From: Pseudonocardiaceae bacterium
GTDB lineage: Bacteria > Actinomycetota > Actinomycetes > Mycobacteriales > Pseudonocardiaceae
NCBI GenBank assembly: GCA_009379845.1
Contig: WHSZ01000020.1
Location: 11,817 to 75,816 of the forward strand
Direction: 5' to 3'
Length of the DNA: 64,000 nucleotides
A program made the position numbers and the translations under genes. Shown one piece after another: positions 37,877 to 47,009 of the stretch. Every line of letters begins with the position of its first letter. Within the stretch, counting starts at the first letter, position 1. Under the pieces are notes generated by a model that worked only from the letters and a program-made list of their open reading frames with translations, had not been told where the DNA came from and made no database searches.

Positions 37877-38799
37877 CGGTGCCGCGCCAGGCGGTGTACG
37901 TCGACTCGCCGACGGAGTTCCGTAATCCCCGGACCTCCGACATCGACCAGCTGTCCACTGTGGACGTGTTGCGGAAGATCAGCGCCGAGGACAGCTTGGT
38001 GCCAGGTGCCGTCGCGGACGTGCTGGATGAGCTGTCGATCGCGGTCGATCTCGCTGCGGACGCCCTGCGCACGGGCGGACGAGTACACTACGTCGGCGCC
38101 GGCACGTCCGGTCGACTGGCCAATTTGGACGCTGCCGAACTGGTACCCACCTTCAATATTCCCTCGCACTGGTTCGTCGCACACCATGCGGGCGGGCAAC
38201 GGGCGCTCAGCGCTGCCACCGAGGACGTCGAGGACGACGCCGAAGCCGGCGCGGAGTCCATCAACGCGACCGTTGAGACCGGCGATTTCGTGTTGGGACT
38301 GACCGCTTCTGGACGCACCCCTTTTGTGCTCGGCGCGCTGCGAGCCGCCCGTGAGCGGGGCGCGGCGGTCGGGTTGGTTTCCGGCAACCCGCACGTCGGG
38401 CACAACGTGGACGTCGACGTGCTGATCGCTCCGGACACCGGTCCCGAGGCGATAGCTGGCTCCACCCGGATGAAGGCCGGAACGGCGCAGAAGCTGGTCC
38501 TCACGTCGTTCTCCACCGCGGTGATGGTGAAACTCGGCCACACCTACTCGAACCTGATGGTCAGCGTGCGGGCGACGAACGCGAAACTCCGTGGCCGTAC
38601 CCAGCGAATCCTGCGCGAGGCCACCGGTTTGTCCACAAAGGAGTGCACGGATGCGCTTGACGAGGCCGGCGGCGACCTGAAGCTCGCCTTGGTGTACCTG
38701 CTGTCCGGAGTCGACGTCAACCGCGCCGACGTGGCGCTGCACGAGACCGGCGGGCACGTGCGAAACGCGCTTGACCGGCTCAGCACCCCGGTCAGCTAG
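37873..38799 (+). CDS. murQ: N-acetylmuramic acid 6-phosphate etherase
   Basis: VHYVGAGTSGRLANLDAAELVPTF, GSTRMKAGTAQK, and a C-terminal LALVYLL helix typical of MurQ. Confidence 0.92.
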   Translation: MTVPRQAVYVDSPTEFRNPRTSDIDQLSTVDVLRKISAEDSLVPGAVADVLDELSIAVDLAADALRTGGRVHYVGAGTSGRLANLDAAELVPTFNIPSHWFVAHHAGGQRALSAATEDVEDDAEAGAESINATVETGDFVLGLTASGRTPFVLGALRAARERGAAVGLVSGNPHVGHNVDVDVLIAPDTGPEAIAGSTRMKAGTAQKLVLTSFSTAVMVKLGHTYSNLMVSVRATNAKLRGRTQRILREATGLSTKECTDALDEAGGDLKLALVYLLSGVDVNRADVALHETGGHVRNALDRLSTPVS

Positions 38800-38804
38800 C
38801 GCTT

Positions 38805-38838
38805 AGTGACCGCAATATGGATGCATATTGCGGTCACT
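38805..38838. terminator. bidirectional hairpin between convergent murQ and the Fic-like gene
   Basis: Perfect 14-bp arms AGTGACCGCAATAT / ATATTGCGGTCACT with a 6-nt loop. The right arm overlaps the stop of the minus-strand gene. Confidence 0.55.
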
Positions 38839-39568
38839 GGCCGGCGGCGTCCGCGATGCCACCGGCCTCCCGCGCACCGGCTTGGACGGCCTCGCAACAC
38901 AGCAGCAGCCAGTCGCGCACGCCGTCCTGCTCGCCGCTCGAGAACCCCGCGAGGGCCTCCGCGTAACGCTGCTGCTGCCGGAAGAACGCGACCTCTGGAA
39001 CGGACAGCCCCTTGGCGTCCAGCCCGGTCGCGATCATGGTCATCCGGGCGGCTGCGCGTGCCACCACCCCGTTCGCGGTGCTGAACGGCCGCAGCGACAG
39101 CAACTCACCGTGCACCACCGCGGTCAACACCGGCCCCGGCGCCGCGGTCTCCCCCACGACCAGCCTGGCGAGCAGATCCAGCCGGCGGGACCGAGCGACC
39201 TTCTCGCGCGGCCTGCCGAGCTCGTCCGGGTCCTCGATCAGGTCGGACGCGGCCAGCACGTGGAGCCGGGCGAGCACCTGCAATGGCGCACGTTGCCAGG
39301 TGGAAAGCTGCGGGCCGAGGGCATCGGCCACCCGCAACGACCCGGCGAGCACCGGATCGGCCACCTCGCCACCCTCCGGGATGTCCGGTGCGCCACCGTC
39401 CAGCGCGGCCGAGGCCCTGGCAGCCCGGACCGAGGCTTCCGCCGCCGTGGTCGGCCAGCCACGCCGGTTGCCGGGATGCTGGTGCACGTCGTCCACCGCC
39501 TCCCTGGCGGCCCGCACGGCGTCGGGGACACCGGGAAGTTCGAGTAACGGACTCAGCGGGTCGGTCAC
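38834..39568 (-). CDS. conserved actinobacterial protein with a degenerate Fic/Fido-like motif (often auto-annotated oxidoreductase)
   Basis: [23 protein letters not shown] resembles a decayed HPFxxGNGRxxR motif. Start set to GTG 39568 so that it does not overlap acs (the track ORF extends to 39832). Confidence 0.5.
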   Translation of the reverse strand: MTDPLSPLLELPGVPDAVRAAREAVDDVHQHPGNRRGWPTTAAEASVRAARASAALDGGAPDIPEGGEVADPVLAGSLRVADALGPQLSTWQRAPLQVLARLHVLAASDLIEDPDELGRPREKVARSRRLDLLARLVVGETAAPGPVLTAVVHGELLSLRPFSTANGVVARAAARMTMIATGLDAKGLSVPEVAFFRQQQRYAEALAGFSSGEQDGVRDWLLLCCEAVQAGAREAGGIADAAGQ

Positions 39569-39794
39569 CGCGCGACCGTACCGCTCGTATACCGCTCGTC
39601 GCGCGGGGCGTACCGTCCATTTCGCTAGTGCCCGGCTGAACAAGAGCCGAGGTAGCGTGCCGCACAGAAGAGGTCGACAGACACCGGGCAACGCGGGACA
39701 GTGTTTTCGCCGCCGGTGCGCGCCGGTGCGCCCCACGTACCGCGTCGCGTTGACCGGTGTCCGCAGGTCGCTTAAGCCAAGGAGGTCTCGCACC

Positions 39795-41783
39795 ATGACC
39801 GAGCAGTCCGGGCAGAGCCCGGCTCTGGACAACTTGCTCAGCGAGAGCAGGACATTCCCGCCGAGTGAGGAATTCGCCGGTCAGGCCAATGCCGGGGCGG
39901 AAATGTACGCCGAGGCGGAGGCCGACCAGGAGGCGTTCTGGGCCGCGCAAGCCGACCAGCTGCACTGGGACACCAAGTGGAGCCAGGTGCTGGACTGGTC
40001 GGGTGCGCCGTTCGCCAAGTGGTTCGTCGGCGGCAAGCTGAACGTCGCGTACAACTGCGCCGACCGGCACGTGGACGCCGGCAACGGCGACCGGGTCGCG
40101 ATCCATTGGGAGGGCGAGCCGGGCGATTCACGCACCATCACCTACGCCGATCTGCGGCGCGAGGTGTGCAAGACCGCGAACGCGCTGTCGTCCCTCGGGC
40201 TGCGAAAGGGTGACAGGGTCGCGATCTACATGCAGATGATCCCGGAGACCATCTTCACGATGCTGGCGTGTGCCCGGCTCGGGGTGACGCACTCCGTGGT
40301 CTTCGCGGGCTTCTCCTCGGAGGCGCTGCGCACCAGGATCGACGACGCGCAGGCCAAGGCCGTGATCACGGTGGACGGGCAGTACCGGCGTGGCAAGGTG
40401 GCCCCGCTGAAGTCCGCTGTGGACGAGGCGGTCGCGCAGACGCCGAGCGTCGAGCACGTCGTCGTGGTCAAGCGCGGCGAGAACGACGTGGAGTGGACCG
40501 ACGACCGGGACAAGTGGTGGCACGACCTGGTCGAGGGCCAGTCCGACCAGCACACCCCGGAAGCCCACGACGCGGAGCACCCGCTGTACATCCTGTACAC
40601 CTCGGGGACCACGGGGAAGCCGAAGGGCATCCTGCACACCGCGGGTGGCTACCTCACCCAGGCCGCCTACACGCACCGGAACGTGTTCGATCTCAAGCCG
40701 GAGTCCGATGTGTACTGGTGCACCGCGGACATCGGCTGGGTCACCGGGCACAGCTACATCGTGTACGGCCCGCTGGCCAACGGCGCCACCCAGGTGGTCT
40801 ACGAGGGAACCCCGAACTCGCCGCACGAGGGCCGGCACTGGGAGATCGTGCAGAAGTACGGCGTGACGATCTACTACACCGCGCCGACGTTGATCCGCAC
40901 GTTCATGAAGTGGGGCGACCACATCCCGGCCGGCTACGACCTGTCCTCGCTTCGGGTGCTCGGGTCGGTTGGCGAGCCGATCAACCCGGAGGCATGGATG
41001 TGGTTCCGCGAGCAGATCGGCGGCGGCCGGGCGCCGATCGTGGACACCTGGTGGCAGACCGAGACCGGTGCGATCATGATCTCCCCGCTGCCCGGGGTGA
41101 CCGCGACCAAGCCGGGCTCCGCACAAACGCCGCTGCCGGGGATCTCCGCGAAGGTGGTGGACGACACCGGCAACGAGGTCGGCCGCGGCGGCGGTGGCTA
41201 CCTGGTGCTGGACAAGCCATGGCCGGCGATGCTGCGCGGCATCTGGGGAGATCCCGAGCGGTACAAGGAGACCTACTGGTCGCGGTTCGCGAGCCAGGGC
41301 TTCTACTTCGCCGGTGACGGGGCGAAGTACGACGAGGACGGCGATGTCTGGCTGCTCGGCAGGGTGGACGACGTCATGAACGTCTCCGGGCACCGGATCT
41401 CCACCACCGAGGTGGAATCCGCGCTGGTGTCCCACCCGACGGTCGCCGAGGCGGCCGTGGTCGGCGCGACCGACCCCACAACCGGTCAGGGCATCGTGGC
41501 CTTCGTGATCCTGCGCGGCGGGGTGGCCGAGGACGAGGCCAAGGGCTCCGAGGCGATCGCCGCGCTGCGCAACCACGTGGCCTCGGAGATCGGACCGATC
41601 GCCAAGCCACGGCAGATCATGGTGGTGCCGGAGCTGCCGAAGACCCGCTCCGGCAAGATCATGCGCCGGCTGCTGCGGGACGTCGCGGAGAACCGCGAGG
41701 TCGGCGACGTCACCACGCTGGCCGACTCCAGCGTGATGGATTTGATCTCGTCCGGGTTGAAGAGCGGCTCAGACGACGAGTAG
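39795..41783 (+). CDS. acs: acetyl-CoA synthetase
   Basis: [19 protein letters not shown]-binding motif and a C-terminal [17 protein letters not shown] 39795 lies 9 nt after AAGGAGG (the track ORF starts at 39012). Confidence 0.97.
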   Translation: MTEQSGQSPALDNLLSESRTFPPSEEFAGQANAGAEMYAEAEADQEAFWAAQADQLHWDTKWSQVLDWSGAPFAKWFVGGKLNVAYNCADRHVDAGNGDRVAIHWEGEPGDSRTITYADLRREVCKTANALSSLGLRKGDRVAIYMQMIPETIFTMLACARLGVTHSVVFAGFSSEALRTRIDDAQAKAVITVDGQYRRGKVAPLKSAVDEAVAQTPSVEHVVVVKRGENDVEWTDDRDKWWHDLVEGQSDQHTPEAHDAEHPLYILYTSGTTGKPKGILHTAGGYLTQAAYTHRNVFDLKPESDVYWCTADIGWVTGHSYIVYGPLANGATQVVYEGTPNSPHEGRHWEIVQKYGVTIYYTAPTLIRTFMKWGDHIPAGYDLSSLRVLGSVGEPINPEAWMWFREQIGGGRAPIVDTWWQTETGAIMISPLPGVTATKPGSAQTPLPGISAKVVDDTGNEVGRGGGGYLVLDKPWPAMLRGIWGDPERYKETYWSRFASQGFYFAGDGAKYDEDGDVWLLGRVDDVMNVSGHRISTTEVESALVSHPTVAEAAVVGATDPTTGQGIVAFVILRGGVAEDEAKGSEAIAALRNHVASEIGPIAKPRQIMVVPELPKTRSGKIMRRLLRDVAENREVGDVTTLADSSVMDLISSGLKSGSDDE

Positions 41784-41798
41784 TCCCGATTCGGCGTG

Positions 41799-41838
41799 GG
41801 GCCCCTTCCACGTGGGTTCTTCCCATCGGAAGGGGCCC
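41799..41838 (+). terminator. hairpin downstream of acs
   Basis: 11-bp arms GGGCCCCTTCC / GGAAGGGGCCC with an 18-nt loop and no clear T-run. Confidence 0.4.
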
Positions 41839-41911
41839 ACGCATGCGTATGTCGAACAGTTGTTCTAAGATCTGACCGCTTTGACCCGACAGACAGGGAG
41901 AAAACGCGATC

Positions 41912-42349
41912 ATGACCGTGGATGCGGCAACGGAACAGCACACGTCCAACGGCGAGACAGCCGACGCCGACCCGGCGCCGGAACCGGCGGAAGCCGAGCA
42001 GACCGACAGCGGTGCCACGGAGAGCGCGGAAGCCGAGAAGCCGAAGCGCAAGCCCCGGAAACAGAGCACCGCACGTAAGACCCGTTCCGTTGAGCTGACG
42101 CTCACGGTGACCGGAACCGCGGACGGGGAGTGGCAGGCCGACCTGATGCACGGCACCAAGCGTGTGGTGCGCGGCCTGACCATCCCGGCAGCCGCGGTCT
42201 CCCGCGCGGCCAAGGAGCTGCACGACGACATCTCGGGCGCCATCGAACAGGTGCTTGACGCGGCCCGCGAGCAGCACCGGTCCCGGGTGGAGGAGTTGCA
42301 GGCCGAGCTGGAGAAGGCACAGCAGGCGCTGGCCGAACTCCAGGAGTAA
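41912..42349 (+). CDS. hypothetical protein: acidic N-terminus, Lys/Arg patch, C-terminal coiled coil
   Basis: ORF track 145 aa. AGGGAGAAAA RBS upstream, good codon bias, no domain recognised. Confidence 0.65.
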   Translation: MTVDAATEQHTSNGETADADPAPEPAEAEQTDSGATESAEAEKPKRKPRKQSTARKTRSVELTLTVTGTADGEWQADLMHGTKRVVRGLTIPAAAVSRAAKELHDDISGAIEQVLDAAREQHRSRVEELQAELEKAQQALAELQE

Positions 42350-42365
42350 CCGGGCCTTCGGCGGG

Positions 42366-42410
42366 CCTGTGGGTACTTTGCGGTGCCGTGGCCGGCAAAG
42401 TACCCACAGG
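42366..42410. terminator. bidirectional hairpin between convergent genes
   Basis: Perfect 16-bp arms CCTGTGGGTACTTTGC / GCAAAGTACCCACAGG with a 13-nt loop. Confidence 0.55.
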
Positions 42411-42439
42411 TGCTGGCACTGCCTAGCGACCAAGGCTCA

Positions 42440-43939
42440 CTAGCGGACGCCGGACATCAGCCGCCGGATGAACGGGCTGATCAGCGCGGAGAGCACGCCG
42501 AGGCCGACCGCGATGCCGCCGAGAATGCCGAAGTACAGCGGCTCATCGCCGGACGCGGTGAACTCCTCGTAGTGCCCCGCCAGCTTGCCGGCCACCGCGG
42601 TGCCGGCGGCCACGGACAGGAAGAACAGCGCAACCATCTGCGCCCGATACCGCGCGGGCGCGAGCTTGGTGGACACCGAAAGGCCCACCGGTGACAGGCA
42701 CAGCTCGCCGACCACGAAGACCACCAGCACCAGCACCAGCAGCAGCGGGTTGACCACGTCCTCGCCGCGGATCTCGCCGAGCAACGCCATGATCAAGAAG
42801 GCGCCGCCCATGAAGCCGACGCCGAGTGAGAACTTGATCGGTGTTGAGGGCTGGCGCGTGGCGAGCTTGGTCCACAGCGCCGCGAACGCCGGGGCGAGCA
42901 GCACGACGAACAGCGGTTCCACCGACTCGAACCACGCCGGCGGGATCTCCCAGCCGAACACGTTCAGGTTCACCCTGGTCTCCGCGTAGATCGCCAGCAC
43001 GGTGAACTGCTGCTGGAACAGTGCCCAGAACCCGAAGCTCACCAGGCACAGCGGGATCATCGCGTACACCCGCTTGCGCTCCACCGCGGTGATCTTCCGG
43101 TTGGTCACCATCGCCAGGAACAACACGACCGCGGCGGCCACGATCACCCAGGTGGCCACGTCGGCCAGATTCTCCGCGGTGATCCACCCACCGAGCACCA
43201 GCAGCACGATGACCGTCGCCCCGGCGAGCGCGAGGCCGGTGGCCAGCACGTGGCCATGCGGCGGCAGCGGGTTCGGTACCTCGCGCCCCTTGTCCGGCAG
43301 GTTCTTGCGGGACACCGCGTACTGCGCCAGCCCGGCGGCCATGCCGACCGCGGCGGCCCCGAATCCGAAGTGGAAGCCGACGTGCGACTGCAGGAACCCG
43401 GTGATGAGCGGCCCGACCAGCGCGCCGATGTTGACGCCCATGTAGAAGATCGAGAACCCGGCGTCCCGGCGCTCATCGCCCTCCGCGTACAGGTACCCGA
43501 CCAGTGCGGTCGCGGTCGCCTTCAACCCGCCACTGCCGATGGCTACCAGCACCAGTCCGGCGCCGACACCCAGCACACCGGGAACGACGGCGAGGGCGAT
43601 GTGCCCGAACAAGATCAGCACACCGCTATAGAAGAGCGTGCGTTCCGGGCCGAGTAACCGGTCGCACACCCACGAGCCCGCGATGGTGGCGAGATACACG
43701 GTGCCGCCGTACGCACCGACGATGCCGGCCGCCACCGGCTTGCTGATCGCCAGCCCACCATCGGCGACCGAGAAGTACAGGTAGTACAGCAGGATCGCCT
43801 GCATCCCATAGAACGAGAAGCGTTCCCACATCTCCACGCCGAAGAGGTTCGCCAGCCCCTTCGGATGACCAAAGAATCGGCGATCGACCTGCGTATCGGA
43901 CGAACCGGATGATCCCGACGCGGCGGCTTCCGTGCTCAT
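42440..43939 (-). CDS. dtpT: POT/PTR2-family di/tripeptide:proton symporter
   Basis: GHPKGLANLFGVEMWERFSFYGMQAILLYYL signature and about 14 TM helices. Confidence 0.92.
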   Translation of the reverse strand: MSTEAAASGSSGSSDTQVDRRFFGHPKGLANLFGVEMWERFSFYGMQAILLYYLYFSVADGGLAISKPVAAGIVGAYGGTVYLATIAGSWVCDRLLGPERTLFYSGVLILFGHIALAVVPGVLGVGAGLVLVAIGSGGLKATATALVGYLYAEGDERRDAGFSIFYMGVNIGALVGPLITGFLQSHVGFHFGFGAAAVGMAAGLAQYAVSRKNLPDKGREVPNPLPPHGHVLATGLALAGATVIVLLVLGGWITAENLADVATWVIVAAAVVLFLAMVTNRKITAVERKRVYAMIPLCLVSFGFWALFQQQFTVLAIYAETRVNLNVFGWEIPPAWFESVEPLFVVLLAPAFAALWTKLATRQPSTPIKFSLGVGFMGGAFLIMALLGEIRGEDVVNPLLLVLVLVVFVVGELCLSPVGLSVSTKLAPARYRAQMVALFFLSVAAGTAVAGKLAGHYEEFTASGDEPLYFGILGGIAVGLGVLSALISPFIRRLMSGVR

Positions 43940-43951
43940 ACCAACTCCCAG

Positions 43952-43965
43952 ACTGGTCTAGACAT
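43952..43965. promoter_or_regulatory. dre-like (DasR/HutC-type) half-palindrome ACTGGTCTAGACAT in the POT transporter leader
   Basis: Matches ACTGGTCTAGAC of the dre consensus as I recall it, with an 8-bp perfect core GTCTAGAC. It lies 13 nt upstream of the dtpT start codon. Confidence 0.3.
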
Positions 43966-44062
43966 ATTCGGGCACATGGTAGATGCCGTTAGGATGGGAT
44001 CTTGGTGTGCCGGGAAGTCTGGTCGGCGAGTGAACTGTGCCGTCCAGGATGGAGGGGAAGCA

Positions 44063-45418
44063 TTGACATCACCGAGCCGGCCCGTCAGCGAGTTCGCGCG
44101 ATATCTCCGCACCGAAACCGTCGGCGGGATGCTGCTGCTTGGTGCCGCCGCCGTGGCACTGATCATGGCGAACTCACCACTCACGGAGTTCTACGAAACC
44201 GTCCGTGAATTCCACATTGGACCCGAGCTGCTGCACCTGAACCTGTCCGTCGGGGACTGGGCGAAAGACGGCCTGCTCGCGCTGTTCTTCTTCGTGGTTG
44301 GCCTCGAGCTCAAACGCGAGCTCGTGGTCGGCGAGCTGTCGTCGCTCAAGGCGGCGGCGCTACCGATCATCGCGGCGCTCGGCGGAATGGTCGCGCCCGC
44401 GCTCATCGCAGTCGCGATCGGCTGGGGCGAACCCGGCATCGAGAAGGCGTGGGCGATCCCGGTCGCCACCGACATCGCGTTCGCGCTCGGTGTGCTCGCG
44501 CTGACCGGCTCGGGGATGCCGAGCAGCGCACGGGTCTTCCTGCTCAGCCTCGCCGTGGTCGACGACCTCGGGGCGATCCTGGTGATCGCGCTCGTGTTCA
44601 CCTCGAGCTTCGACCTGATCGCCGGCGCGGTGGCGATAGCCGCAATGGGGCTGTACGCGTTCCTGCAGCACAAGCGGGTGCGAACGTCCTGGCTGTACGT
44701 GCCACTCGCGGTGATCGTCTGGGTCGCGGTGCACTCCGCCGGCATCCACGCGACCATCGCCGGTGTCGCGCTTGGCCTGCTCACCCGGGTACGCAACGAC
44801 CCTGGCGAGCACGAGTCACCCTCGGTGCGCCTTGAACACCGGCTGCAGCCGTGGTCGGCCGGGCTCGCGGTGCCGTTGTTCGCGCTGTTCGCCGCCGGTG
44901 TTCCGGTGCACGGTGAGGCGTTGCGCGATGTGTTCAGCAACCCGATCCCGCACGCGATCATGTTCGGCCTGATCGCCGGCAAGCTGATCGGCATCTTCGG
45001 CACCTCGGCGCTGGCCGTGAAGCTCAAATGGGCGGTCAGACCGAGAAACCTCGCCTGGCGCGACATGGTCGCGGTGTCCATGCTCGGCGCGGTCGGGTTC
45101 ACGGTCAGCCTGCTGATCGCCGAACTCGCCCTTGAAGGGCAGGCGGCGCAGGAGGCGAAGGCCGCGGTGCTGATCGCCTCGGCATTCGCCGCCCTGGTCG
45201 CCGCGCTGATGATGATCAAGCGAAGCAGGGCGCACGGTGACGACGATCCGGTCGACGACGGGCCGCCGGAGTCGGGCGAGGAACCCGACTCGGCCGCGAA
45301 CTCGGCCGGCGACACGCCGGAGCGCCCGGACGATCAAGGTACCCGGGATGGCGCGCCGGATTCGCAGGACAAACCGGGCTCCACCGCCTCGGACTCCGTT
45401 GACCGGAGCGGTCACTGA
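44063..45418 (+). CDS. nhaA: Na+/H+ antiporter NhaA with an acidic disordered C-terminal tail
   Basis: FARYLRTETVGGMLLLGAAAVALIMANSP N-terminus and LAVVDDLGAILVIA (DD motif). TTG 44063 lies 5 nt after GGAGGGGAAG (the track ORF starts at 43976). Confidence 0.9.
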   Translation: MTSPSRPVSEFARYLRTETVGGMLLLGAAAVALIMANSPLTEFYETVREFHIGPELLHLNLSVGDWAKDGLLALFFFVVGLELKRELVVGELSSLKAAALPIIAALGGMVAPALIAVAIGWGEPGIEKAWAIPVATDIAFALGVLALTGSGMPSSARVFLLSLAVVDDLGAILVIALVFTSSFDLIAGAVAIAAMGLYAFLQHKRVRTSWLYVPLAVIVWVAVHSAGIHATIAGVALGLLTRVRNDPGEHESPSVRLEHRLQPWSAGLAVPLFALFAAGVPVHGEALRDVFSNPIPHAIMFGLIAGKLIGIFGTSALAVKLKWAVRPRNLAWRDMVAVSMLGAVGFTVSLLIAELALEGQAAQEAKAAVLIASAFAALVAALMMIKRSRAHGDDDPVDDGPPESGEEPDSAANSAGDTPERPDDQGTRDGAPDSQDKPGSTASDSVDRSGH

Positions 45419-45454
45419 GCGGTCATCGCGCACCGCGAAGTCGTACATGGCACG

Positions 45455-46015
45455 ATGGCCCCTGTGACCAGCGAACCCCACCGCAAGTACGGCGACGGGA
45501 GCGGAGCGCACGCCGTTTCGTCCATCCCGCTGTCCGAAGACCGAATCGGCAATGGCTCGGCGGAGGGCCAGTCGATCGGCAACCTGGTCAGGGACGCGTC
45601 CGCGCATGTGTCCACTTTGGTCAGGGCCGAGATCGAGCTGGCTCGGGCCGAGATCACGGGCGAGGTCAAGAAGGGCGTCAAGGGCAGCATCTATTTCATC
45701 GTCGCCCTGACCGTGCTGCTGTTCAGCCTGTTCTTCCTGTTCTTCGCACTCGCCGAGCTACTCGCGGATCTCGGCCTGTACCGCTCGGCGGCATTCGGCA
45801 TCGTGTTCCTCGCGATGCTGCTCGTCGCCGGCCTGTCCGCCTTGGTCGGCTGGCGCAAGGTGCGCAAGATCCGCGCACCGGAACGGACGATCAGCTCGGT
45901 CCGGGACACCGCGGCCGCATTCAAACCACGCGGGTACACGGAGGAGCACCCCGGTCTCCCGCAACAGGCCGAGCTCGATCGGCTCGCCGGCACCGGCAAG
46001 CACGCCCGCGACTAG
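45455..46015 (+). CDS. actinobacterial holin-X-family membrane protein (Rv3669-like)
   Basis: LVRAEIELARAEITGEVKKGVKG followed by two TM helices, in the syntenic position next to the alpha/beta hydrolase. Confidence 0.7.
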   Translation: MAPVTSEPHRKYGDGSGAHAVSSIPLSEDRIGNGSAEGQSIGNLVRDASAHVSTLVRAEIELARAEITGEVKKGVKGSIYFIVALTVLLFSLFFLFFALAELLADLGLYRSAAFGIVFLAMLLVAGLSALVGWRKVRKIRAPERTISSVRDTAAAFKPRGYTEEHPGLPQQAELDRLAGTGKHARD

Positions 46016-46022
46016 CGCGGCC

Positions 46023-46970
46023 GTGGCCGTGCGTACGCGTCCCGATCCGTCCACGGTGCTGATCGACGGCCCGTGGACGCACCGCGACGTGTACGCGAAC
46101 GGCATCCGGCTGCACGTCGCGTCGGCCGGTTCCGGACCGCTGGTGCTGCTGCTGCACGGCTTCGGCGAGTTCTGGTGGGCGTGGCGGCATCAGCTGACCG
46201 CGCTCGCGGCGAGCGGGTTTCGCGCCGTCGCGGTCGATCTGCGCGGCTACGGTGATTCCGACAAGCCACCGCGCGGTTACGACGGGTGGACGCTGTCCGG
46301 GGATCTCGCGGGGTTGGTCAAGGCGCTTGGCGCGCGCCGGGCGCACTTCGTCGGGCACGGCTGGGGCGGTTTGCTTGCCTGGACGGTCGCCGTGCTGCAC
46401 CCGAGGGTGCTGTCCTCGGTCAGCTCGCTCGGCGCCGCGCACCCGCTGGCTTTTCGCGGGCAGATCGCGCGGACCGCGGTTCGCCGGCGAGCCGCGAACC
46501 AGCTGCGGGCAAGCGGGCGGCTGCTGCACTTCCAGTGCCCAATGCACCCGGAGCGCTGGCTTACCAGGGACGGCGCGGCGAACACCGAACGGCTGCTGCG
46601 CGGCTGGGCCGGCACGCCGTGGGCGAGTTCGGTGGATTTCACCAGGGCAGCCGAGCGGTTCCGGCACGCGATGCTGGTTCCCGGGGTGGCGCACAGCGCG
46701 CTCGAGTACTACCGCTGGGCGTTCCGCTCGCAGTTGCGTGGGGACGGCAGGAGGTTCGCCGCGGCGGTCGACCGGCGCAGCCCGGTACCGGTACTCCAGC
46801 TGCACGGCGCGCAGGATCGTTCGATGCTGCCCGGAACCGCGCAGGCGTCAAGGCCGTGGCTCGGCCCGCACTCGCGCTACCACGAACTCCCGCACGTCGG
46901 GCACTTCCCGCACCAGGAAGCGCCCGAGGTGACGAACGAGCTGCTCGTCGAGTTCCTGCGGAACTGTTGA
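46023..46970 (+). CDS. alpha/beta hydrolase (epoxide hydrolase EphE-like)
   Basis: LLLHGFGEFWWAWRHQ, nucleophile elbow GHGWGG, and a C-terminal HVGHFPHQE. Confidence 0.85.
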   Translation: MAVRTRPDPSTVLIDGPWTHRDVYANGIRLHVASAGSGPLVLLLHGFGEFWWAWRHQLTALAASGFRAVAVDLRGYGDSDKPPRGYDGWTLSGDLAGLVKALGARRAHFVGHGWGGLLAWTVAVLHPRVLSSVSSLGAAHPLAFRGQIARTAVRRRAANQLRASGRLLHFQCPMHPERWLTRDGAANTERLLRGWAGTPWASSVDFTRAAERFRHAMLVPGVAHSALEYYRWAFRSQLRGDGRRFAAAVDRRSPVPVLQLHGAQDRSMLPGTAQASRPWLGPHSRYHELPHVGHFPHQEAPEVTNELLVEFLRNC

Positions 46971-47009
46971 GTCTTTTTAGGTGCTATAACCCACAAAAAG
47001 ACTCACGAG
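46968..47009. repeat. low-GC palindromic element, complete copy 3
   Basis: 11-bp arms TGAGTCTTTTT / AAAAAGACTCA flank the loop AGGTGCTATAACCCAC. The TGA of the plus-strand gene is in the left arm. The TAG of marP abuts the right end. Confidence 0.8.

Noticed and set aside
38629-38637. Perfect DnaA-box 9-mers TTGTCCACA / TGTGGACAA inside murQ (38629-38637) and inside the lipase gene (58969-58977).
   Set aside because: They are isolated single boxes within coding sequence (codons for LSTK and FVDK), most simply chance. I keep them only as a caution against over-reading the intergenic pair at 29006-29033.
45455-46015. A holin-family protein as a possible prophage remnant.
   Set aside because: It is flanked by conserved core genes (nhaA, alpha/beta hydrolase, marP) in the same order as Rv3669-Rv3671c. 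No integrase, terminase, capsid or att-like repeats are nearby.
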